In this document: in pieces, positions 56,564-64,000 of the stretch | Layout: each line of letters opens with the position of its first letter | Position numbering within the stretch: position 1 is the first letter of the stretch | Assembly: GCA_965279035.1 (NCBI GenBank) | Contig: OZ257142.1 | Span: 1,056,001 to 1,120,000, forward strand | Direction of reading: 5' to 3' | DNA length: 64,000 bases | DNA from: Bacteroidia bacterium | GTDB taxonomy: Bacteria > Bacteroidota > Bacteroidia > M30B66 | Notes under the pieces: model-generated | Databases searched by the model: none | What the model saw: only the letters and a program-made list of their open reading frames with translations | Told to the model about the DNA's origin: nothing | Made by a program: the position numbers and the translations under genes

Positions 56564-59260
56564 ATGCTAAAAAAGATTCTTAAAATTTCAGGAGTTACAT
56601 TTCTCGTTCTCTTCATCATCGCCTTAATTCTTCCCTTTATTTTCAAGGATAAGATCATTGCCAAAGTGAAGGAAGAGGCCAACAAAAACCTGAACGCGAA
56701 ACTCGAATTTAAGGACCTGAGTTTAGGACTCATTCGAAGCTTTCCCAATTTCAGCATCGAACTCGAAAATCTCTCATTAGCGGGTGTGGATGAATTCAAA
56801 TCGGACACCTTAATTTCAGCCGAATCACTTGAAATTACTACCGACATTATGAGTGTGATTGGTGGTGGTGAAATCGCGATTAAGTCGATCGATTTAGACA
56901 AAGCTCGAATTCACCTAAAAGTATTAAAAGACGGAAAAGCCAATTGGGATATTGCAAAACCATCGGCTACGCCCGAAGAACCGTCTACAGAACCATCAAC
57001 CTTTAAAGCAAAATTGCAAGAATATTCTCTGAAATCGAGTCGTATTTGGTATGAAGACCGTTCGATGGATTTTTCTGCTTTGTTAGATGGCGTGAATCAT
57101 TCCGGCTCTGGCGATTTTACTGCCGATGTAACCAATTTAGAAACGCTTACAACGGTCGATTCTGCGGATGTTACATATGGTGGCATTTCTTATTTAAAAC
57201 GCGTCAATCTCGAATACAAAGCCGACTTCAACCTCGATTTGAAAAATTCGAAATATGCATTCAAGGACAATGAACTTCGATTGAATAATCTCTTCCTTAA
57301 ATTCGCTGGTTCCATTGCTATGCCTGCCAATGATATCACGATGGACATCACCTATGAAGCATTAAAGAATGATGTGAAGAATTTCATCTCGATTATTCCG
57401 GGTGCTTTTACGAAAGATTTTGATCAAGTAAAATCCTCTGGAAAGCTTGCCTTTAATGGATTTGTGAAAGGTGTGTACAATGAAAAGAGCATGCCCGGCT
57501 TTGCTTTCAATCTATTGATCGAAAACGGTTCCATTCAATATCCTTCACTTCCGCGCGGCATCAGCAATATGCAGGTGAAAACAAGCATTACTTGTCCGGG
57601 TGTTGATGTAAATAAAACGGTGATAGATGTTTCTAAATTGCACGTTGATTTAGGTCAGTTTCCAATCGATGCTCGAATCAACATCAAAACCCCTGTTTCT
57701 GATCCCGACATTGATGCTTCCATCAAAGGGCGCGTCGATTTAGGTAGCATGAAAGATTTACTTCCTTTAGAAACAGGAACGAATTTGACGGGTGAAGTCG
57801 CTGCTGATGTGAATTTCAAGGGAAGAATGTCATCCGTCGAAAAAGGGAATTACGAGCAATTTGCAGCAGCTGGAACCGCCAGTGTTGCACGTTTCCGCTA
57901 TGCTGCAAAAGATCTTCCACAGGAAATTAATATTTCGAATGCTGCATTGAGTTTCAACCCGAAATCAGCAACGTTGAGTGTGTTTGATATGCAGCTTGGC
58001 AAGAGCGATATTCATGCGACGGGAAGTTTAGAAAATTACCTAGCCTATGTGTTCCGAAATCAATCCATTAGCGGAACGCTCAATTTGACAAGCAATTTTC
58101 TGGATTTGAATCCATTTATGACAACCGAAACAGGAACAAGTCCAGCAGCAAGTGCTCAACCAACCGATGTTGCAGGATATATTCGAGTGCCTGAAAACAT
58201 CGATTTTATCGTGAATTCATCCATGAAAACCTTGCTTTACGACAACTTACGTTTAGAAAATGTAACGGGGCAATTGCTGGTAAAGGATCAGGAAGTAAAA
58301 CTCAATCAGTTAAAAATGAATACGCTTGGTGGTTCAATTGCCATGAGTGGATTGTATGATACACGCAATGAAAATGGTCCTTCGGTAGCCTTGATGCTCG
58401 ATATGAAAGACTTAGGAATCCGTGAAACAGCGAAGGCTTTTTCAACTGTTAAACAATTGGCTCCGATTGCAGAAAATACAACGGGCAAAGCTTCAATCAC
58501 GAATTTCAGTTTTTCTTGTAAGGCAGATAAGGCATTCAATCCTGATTTGAAATCGATTAATGGAAGTGGAACCTTAAGCACTTCGGTGTTGGAAATTGAA
58601 GGTTTTGAGATGGCGAAACGCATTGCGAGCACTTTGAAAATAGATAAACTCAAAAAATGGAAATTGGAGCCTTTGCAAGCTGGCTTTACGATTACGAATG
58701 GGAAAGTAACCGTGAAACCGTTTAAAACGAAGCTTGGAAATTATGCTGCCGAAATAGGAGGGGAGAATGGTTTAGACCAAAGCATCAACTATGCACTACA
58801 TATCGACATTCCTCGCGCAGAATTTGGTGGAGCTGCGAATTCGGTGTTAAATGGAATGGTAGCAAAAGCCAATTCAAACGGTATTACAACGCAAGTGGGA
58901 GATTTAATTCCTGTGGTAATTAAAGTAAGTGGAACGTTTGCCGATCCGAAAGTAACAACGGACATCCGAAATCAGGCAAACTCGGCTATGAACGACCTGA
59001 AAAATCAGGCAGAACAACGTTTGAAGGAGGAGGCTGAACGTCAGAAAAAAGAACTTCTCAATAAAGCCAATGCGGAAAAAGAACGCTTGGAAAAAGAAGC
59101 CATGGATCGCATCAACCAAGAGAAGGACAAAGCAAAACAAGAACTGGATAAAGCCAAAGCAGAAGCCGAACGCAAGGCGAAAGAAGAAGCAGATAAAGCC
59201 AAAAAGAAAGCGGAAGAAGAAGCCAAAAAGAACCTCAATAAATTTCTAAAAGGAAAGTAA
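56564..59260 (+). CDS. AsmA-family protein with C-terminal charged coiled coil
   Basis: N-terminal TM anchor, long beta-groove body, K/E/A-rich tail. Confidence 0.85.
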   Translation: MLKKILKISGVTFLVLFIIALILPFIFKDKIIAKVKEEANKNLNAKLEFKDLSLGLIRSFPNFSIELENLSLAGVDEFKSDTLISAESLEITTDIMSVIGGGEIAIKSIDLDKARIHLKVLKDGKANWDIAKPSATPEEPSTEPSTFKAKLQEYSLKSSRIWYEDRSMDFSALLDGVNHSGSGDFTADVTNLETLTTVDSADVTYGGISYLKRVNLEYKADFNLDLKNSKYAFKDNELRLNNLFLKFAGSIAMPANDITMDITYEALKNDVKNFISIIPGAFTKDFDQVKSSGKLAFNGFVKGVYNEKSMPGFAFNLLIENGSIQYPSLPRGISNMQVKTSITCPGVDVNKTVIDVSKLHVDLGQFPIDARINIKTPVSDPDIDASIKGRVDLGSMKDLLPLETGTNLTGEVAADVNFKGRMSSVEKGNYEQFAAAGTASVARFRYAAKDLPQEINISNAALSFNPKSATLSVFDMQLGKSDIHATGSLENYLAYVFRNQSISGTLNLTSNFLDLNPFMTTETGTSPAASAQPTDVAGYIRVPENIDFIVNSSMKTLLYDNLRLENVTGQLLVKDQEVKLNQLKMNTLGGSIAMSGLYDTRNENGPSVALMLDMKDLGIRETAKAFSTVKQLAPIAENTTGKASITNFSFSCKADKAFNPDLKSINGSGTLSTSVLEIEGFEMAKRIASTLKIDKLKKWKLEPLQAGFTITNGKVTVKPFKTKLGNYAAEIGGENGLDQSINYALHIDIPRAEFGGAANSVLNGMVAKANSNGITTQVGDLIPVVIKVSGTFADPKVTTDIRNQANSAMNDLKNQAEQRLKEEAERQKKELLNKANAEKERLEKEAMDRINQEKDKAKQELDKAKAEAERKAKEEADKAKKKAEEEAKKNLNKFLKGK

Positions 59261-59263
59261 AGC

Positions 59264-61222
59264 ATGAAATACAGATCATTTCTGTTTTTATGTATGCTAC
59301 TGCTTGCTTGTGTTCATTTGGGAGCGCAAGAAAAGGAAGATCCTTGTCCATTATCTACCAATAAAAAGGCACGAAAACTTTACGATAAAGCCATTGATGC
59401 AGCCCGTTCAAATAAGAATGAAGCGAAGGCATTATTGACAGAAGCCTTAGAACTTGATCCAGAATTTGGACGTGCAAATTACATGATGGCCGATTTGCTC
59501 ATCAAAAGCAAAAAAACCGTTGAGGCAGAACCCTTTCTTTTGCAAGTGGCAAGCGTTTGTCCAGATTTAGATCCGCTTACTTTTTACCGTTTGGGAAGTA
59601 TTCAGTTTGGTGCAAAACGCTATCAAGAAGCACAGAAAAATTTAGCTCGTTTCTTAGAAAGCAATGGAGGAAAGGAAAAAGAACGTAGCGATGCTCGCGA
59701 ACAACTTACAGCTGCTACTTTTTATATCGAAGGCTTTGCGAAACCGGTTCCTTTCGATCCAAAACCTTTAGCTTCTATTTCTTCCGAAGCCGACGAATAT
59801 TTACCCATTATCACTCCCGATAATCAACGTGCTTATTTCACACGTCGCACTTTGGAGAAAGAGAAATTTACTGGTGGAATTGAAGCAGAAGTAAAACCAG
59901 TAGAACGTTTTAGTTGGAGCAATGCGCTCGGTGATAATGTCTTTGAAAAAGGTCAGCCAATGCCGCCTCCTTTCAACAAACAATCGAACGAAGGTGGTGC
60001 CAGTCTTTCGGCCGATAATAGAACCTTGTTCTATACCATTTGTAAGCAAGAAGGCGCGGAACTCTTAAACTGTGATCTCTGGTTTTCGGTATTTGGAAAA
60101 GATACTTGGTCTGAAATTAAAAATGCTGGTCCTATCATCAATGGAAAATCAACCTGGGAATCGCAACCTTCGCTTTCTTCGGATGGAAAAACCTTGTATT
60201 TCGCCAGCAATCGCCCCGGTGGAATGGGTGAACTTGACATTTGGAAATCAATCAAGGACAAAGATGGAAAATGGGGAGTTCCTATCAATCTAGGTCCGGA
60301 GATTAATACTCCCGGAAACGAAAAATCACCCTTCTTTCACTCCGATGGTCAAACCTTATATTTCTCTTCCACAGGACACATGGGTTTTGGTGGATATGAT
60401 ATTTTTTATGCGAAGCTCGATAAAGAACTAGGTTGGCAAAAGCCGAAAAACATTGGTTATCCGATCAATTCAGAAAAAGATGATTTGGGCTTTTTCGTCA
60501 GCACCGATGGTAAAACAGGCTATTTCGCTTCCGATAAATTGAAAGGTGCCGGAGGTTGGGATGTGTATTATTTTGGTTTGTACAAAGAAGCGCGTCCCGA
60601 ACGAGTTGTCTTTCTCTCTGGCGAAATAAAAAATGAGAATAATCAATCTGTTGGAGATGCTCGAGTTGAAATTCAAAACATTCGTACAAAAGAAATTACG
60701 ACCGTTGATGTTGACTCTGCTACTGGAAAATACGTTGCCGTTATGGCATTTACCGAAGACCATGTGGTGACAGTAAAGCAACCAGGTAAAGCATTAACCA
60801 CCGAATACCTTTCCGTTGCCGATTCTTCCTTGAACAAACCCCGAAAGATGGATATGCAAGTGAAGGAAATTGAAGTGGGGAAAGCCTATAAAATCAATAA
60901 CCTGAATTTCGGTACCAACTCCGCCGACTTCAATGCGCAAACCATTTTCATTATTCAAGAATTAGCTGAATTCCTTCGAGAAAATCCCACAATAAAAATT
61001 GCCATTCACGGTCACACCGATAATGTAGGCGATCCGCAAACCAACATGGTTTTATCGAACGACCGCGCCCGTCATGTTTATGAACTCTTGCTTATCGAAG
61101 GCATCAAATCCGAGCGTCTCACCTGGAAAGGTTTCGGCATGACAAAACCCATCGCCTCAAACCTTTCAGATAAAGGAAAAGCCATGAATCGCAGGACGGA
61201 GTTTGTGATTACGGGGAAATAG
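59264..61222 (+). CDS. PorE-like OmpA-family protein (TPR, PD40 propeller, CRD, OmpA)
   Basis: PSLSSDGKTLYFASNRPGG repeats; GHTDNVG, LSNDRA, NRRTEF. Confidence 0.88.
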   Translation: MKYRSFLFLCMLLLACVHLGAQEKEDPCPLSTNKKARKLYDKAIDAARSNKNEAKALLTEALELDPEFGRANYMMADLLIKSKKTVEAEPFLLQVASVCPDLDPLTFYRLGSIQFGAKRYQEAQKNLARFLESNGGKEKERSDAREQLTAATFYIEGFAKPVPFDPKPLASISSEADEYLPIITPDNQRAYFTRRTLEKEKFTGGIEAEVKPVERFSWSNALGDNVFEKGQPMPPPFNKQSNEGGASLSADNRTLFYTICKQEGAELLNCDLWFSVFGKDTWSEIKNAGPIINGKSTWESQPSLSSDGKTLYFASNRPGGMGELDIWKSIKDKDGKWGVPINLGPEINTPGNEKSPFFHSDGQTLYFSSTGHMGFGGYDIFYAKLDKELGWQKPKNIGYPINSEKDDLGFFVSTDGKTGYFASDKLKGAGGWDVYYFGLYKEARPERVVFLSGEIKNENNQSVGDARVEIQNIRTKEITTVDVDSATGKYVAVMAFTEDHVVTVKQPGKALTTEYLSVADSSLNKPRKMDMQVKEIEVGKAYKINNLNFGTNSADFNAQTIFIIQELAEFLRENPTIKIAIHGHTDNVGDPQTNMVLSNDRARHVYELLLIEGIKSERLTWKGFGMTKPIASNLSDKGKAMNRRTEFVITGK

Positions 61223-61324
61223 ATTTACGATTTACGATCGCTGCGCTGTACGAGAAAATCTGCTAACTCACAAAATAACACGGATTCTCTCCCCTCTCCC
61301 GAGGAGAGGGGTTGGGGGTGAGGT
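61223..61324 (+). repeat. Composite dispersed element, copy 2
   Basis: Aligns with the reverse complement of 32717-32833. Confidence 0.85.
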
Positions 61325-61325
61325 A

Positions 61326-61430
61326 GGGCGCCTGCTTTTTCCGCTTCACTCCAAAAGCACCGGGCTTTCCGCCTCTACTACTTTTTCACCTTCGGTTCAA
61401 AAGTGGTAATGGCTGCAATCCCATGGCGCG
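61326..61430 (+). ncRNA. Flavo-1-like structured element, copy 2
   Basis: GCGCC-[TGCTTTT/AAAAGCA]-CGGGCTTTCCGC-[TACTACTTTT/AAAAGTGGTA]-GCTGCAATCCC-GGCGC. Confidence 0.5.
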
Positions 61431-61468
61431 GGTCATTCTGCAAAACTCGAATATCCTCACCATTTCAT

Positions 61469-61668
61469 CCTCGGACTGAAGTCCGAGGCTACAGGTCACA
61501 CATGCTATATTCGTTAGACCTACACTCAAGCACATTGCTAATCTCAAACTACCGCACCCTCGGACTGAAGTCCGAGGCTACCGTTCACAAATATTAGATT
61601 CGTTATACCTACACTCAAGCACAATGCTAATCTCTTACAACCGCACCCTCGGACTTCAGTCCGAGGCA
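61469..61668. repeat. GTAG-type REP palindrome array (3 copies, 89-bp period, BIME-like)
   Basis: CCTCGGACTGAAGTCCGAGG-CTAC at 61469 and 61558; CCTCGGACTTCAGTCCGAGG at 61647; linkers closely similar. Confidence 0.9.
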
Positions 61669-61959
61669 TTTAATCTCATATGCTAGATTTTGCAATTAGA
61701 TACATAGCAAAAAGCAGCATGGTATCTCAATTATGTGATTGAAATAGTGATGAAGTTCTAACTTAAAAAGATAGAATGTTAAAATAATGTAAAGCATTTC
61801 GAATTAACATATCTACATAGTACGGTATTACTACGAAATGATATTATATTAATTTCCCAAATGTTAAATTTTCTTATCGGACGGGAATTTTAATCTCATT
61901 GACTTGCTTTTACGAAAATTGTTGGTTTATTTAGTTTAACTATTTTAAAATATCGCCAC

Positions 61960-62399
61960 ATGAATAAAGTATCTATTCTTTATCTCTTCGCCTGTTTATC
62001 CGCATTCACACTTGCTGCACAACCGAATTCAATCTCTAGAATACAGGTGAAGACTCCCTTGATGACTACAGATACAGCCACTGTCTCTTCCTCGTTTGGT
62101 GGCGATTCGTTGATTGTTAACGAAACCAAGACATTGGCTTTCGAAGTGGCCGATACATCCAATATTACTACAATTCAAATTAGACTAGGAAGCACAATCA
62201 ATGGTTCCGATTTTTATGATCAGACTTTTCTTTTAATAGTCTAAGTTCCATCTCTTCTGAAGTATGGTTTAAGCGAAAAGGAATCATTTGCTCTGCCGGA
62301 ATTGGTAATTGGGTAAACCGACGAGATTGCTTTTTAAGTATCGATGCAAAAAATGCTGCGGGAACAACTGTAGCTCATTATTCAGGCAAAGCATATTGA
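61960..62399 (+). pseudogene. Secreted hypothetical protein (~146 aa) interrupted by a 1-nt frameshift
   Basis: Signal peptide; ORF stops at 62244, but the -1 frame from the T-runs at 62226-62234 continues to TGA 62399. Confidence 0.6.
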
Positions 62400-62434
62400 A
62401 AATTCCATATCCATTATTTCAAAAAAATTATCCC

Positions 62435-64000
62435 ATGAAAAATTGTCTACTCCTTCTATTTGCTTTTATTATTAGCCAATGTGCTTTTGCATCGACAAGA
62501 ACATGGACTGGTTCAGTTAGCACAAATTGGAATACGGCCGCTAATTGGAGCCCTTCATCACCCAGTTGGGCAGATACGATTTATATTCATTCCTCTAGCA
62601 ATAAACCAGTTTTATCAGAAAATACTAATTGTTATACCATTATACTAACGAGTGGTGCTGAACTGGATTTAGGAGGATATCTTTTGACAATCAATGGCAG
62701 ATTTGCAATGAATGAAGCAAGCATTAAAAATGGGGATCTTCAATTTTATGGATCATTTACTAATCATCCTATCCAATTAACGAATGCACAATTGGATGTC
62801 ACATTTTTAGCATCCATGGGTCTTCAACTATTTCACATTGTGTTTTTAAAAAAGCCAGCTCAATAGCCGTTAGTAGTAGTTCGTCAAGTTATTTTGGAGG
62901 AAACACATTTGAAAAATCATTAAAGATTTCAAATGAAGGTGCTGCCGATTTGTTTTTTGGATATGATGCACCCGATACCTTTCAAGATAGTTTACAAATT
63001 ATATCTTATGAAAGTATTTATGCCGTCAATCCTGGAATTTTTCACTTTGCTTATAACTCTGTTAACACACAAATCAATGGATTTTGCAGAATCGATATGA
63101 AATCGAATTCATCCATCTATTTCTGCGATGGCGCTGATTCGGCTTCGGTCAATTTTTATGCTCCTGTTTTGATTGGGAACGATGGAGCGAATGCTCTTGA
63201 GTTTTCACGAAATGCTCATTTTCATTCTGGAGCCCCAATAAGTCTTTCTGAAACCGGTTGGTTTGTTGGTGAATTAAGGTTTCGTGGAGTTATGCTAGAT
63301 GATTCCTTATCTATCCAAATGGATGATAATGAAAAAGGTAATTCCCTCTATATTGATCAAGGTAGTATATTTAACTCTAAAGTAAATTGCTCAGCTCAAT
63401 CCATTTACATAGGCAATTCAACATTCAATGATTCAACCAGTTTTGTTAAAATTGGACCGGAATCAAATCAGCCGCGCTTTGGACCAATTATAACAAACGC
63501 TCCTTTTTCGTTAACCAATTCTGGCACAGGTTCCTTTTTAACTGCATTAGACGATTCTTGCTCATTTCGTTCCGATCTCAGCTTGATTAATACCGACGAA
63601 GGCTCCATCGATATTGCAAGCAATGGATTACTCTTAATTGGAGGAAATTTAAATATTAGCACTTCTGCTGGACGAGTTGCCTTAGGAGAATATTCAACCG
63701 ATACCAATATCGTTCAAGGAAATATTGATTTGAATTGTACTGGTGGTTTGGTAGTATTGGGGATGATTAAACAAGGTAGTAGTGGAACAATCAACACGAC
63801 TTCATTTGCAAATTCCGAATTGGATCTCTTGGGTTTTCGATCAACCAACACGGATAGTTTAATTTTTACAGGAACCGATAATTCGCGCCTTGTATTGAAT
63901 CAATGCCAAATTCAAGGACCACTTAACGTTGAACTTCCATCCATAGTAACCAATGGAGGTATTTATCACGGAAATACATTATTTCACAAAACGGGAAGTG
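62435..64000 (+). pseudogene. Large secreted beta-helix/adhesin-like protein, frameshifted near 62804-62808, running off the window
   Basis: Signal peptide and WTGSVSTNWNTAANWSP motif; first frame stops at 62866; -1 frame is open from ~62806 to 64000 (~400 codons). Confidence 0.75.

Noticed and set aside
61403-61597. 64-aa ORF across the REP array
   Set aside because: Spans non-coding repeats and has no protein features.
61469-61668. CRISPR array
   Set aside because: The linkers are near-copies of each other rather than unique spacers, the period is 89 bp, and there are no cas genes. It fits REP/BIME.
61810-61840. Short inverted repeat TAGTA-N6-TACTA as an operator
   Set aside because: Too short in AT-rich DNA to distinguish from chance.
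62801-62812. Programmed -1 ribosomal frameshift in the adhesin-like gene
   Set aside because: A-TTT-TTA is not a canonical X-XXY-YYZ heptamer and no clear stimulator is visible. An indel is more parsimonious.
335-63707. Numerous short overlapping or antisense ORFs in the track
   Set aside because: They are nested in well-supported genes and have no motifs or independent signals.

Overview
A 64-kb chromosomal window from a Bacteroidota bacterium. The evidence is TAnnTTTG -7 promoters, T9SS C-terminal domains, a PorE-like protein and rpsU-xerC linkage. It is mostly housekeeping: rimP-nusA-infB, yajQ, rpsU, xerC, tRNA-Pro, yebC, apt, pruA, ilvE, purA, fur, rel, ppk1, dacB and aroC. Envelope and accessory loci include an exbB-exbD-exbD-tonB-small membrane protein-PstS-like-TPR operon, a TPR plus outer-membrane barrel pair, a doubled MbnP/MbnH lipoprotein cluster, three T9SS cargo proteins and one complete IS3-family element. 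The most unusual structure is non-coding. (1) A T9SS cargo gene is bracketed by long inverted repeats built from (N)NNAGTA heptamer-like units, and the IS3 sits inside one arm. (2) A ~105-115 bp composite element starts exactly at the stop codon of two unrelated genes 28 kb apart. (3) There are two Flavo-1-like structured elements and an 89-bp-period GTAG-REP array. (4) Two adjacent secreted-protein genes at the right end are each broken by a single missing T in a T-run. All calls come from reading the sequence and recalling family motifs; no database search was run.
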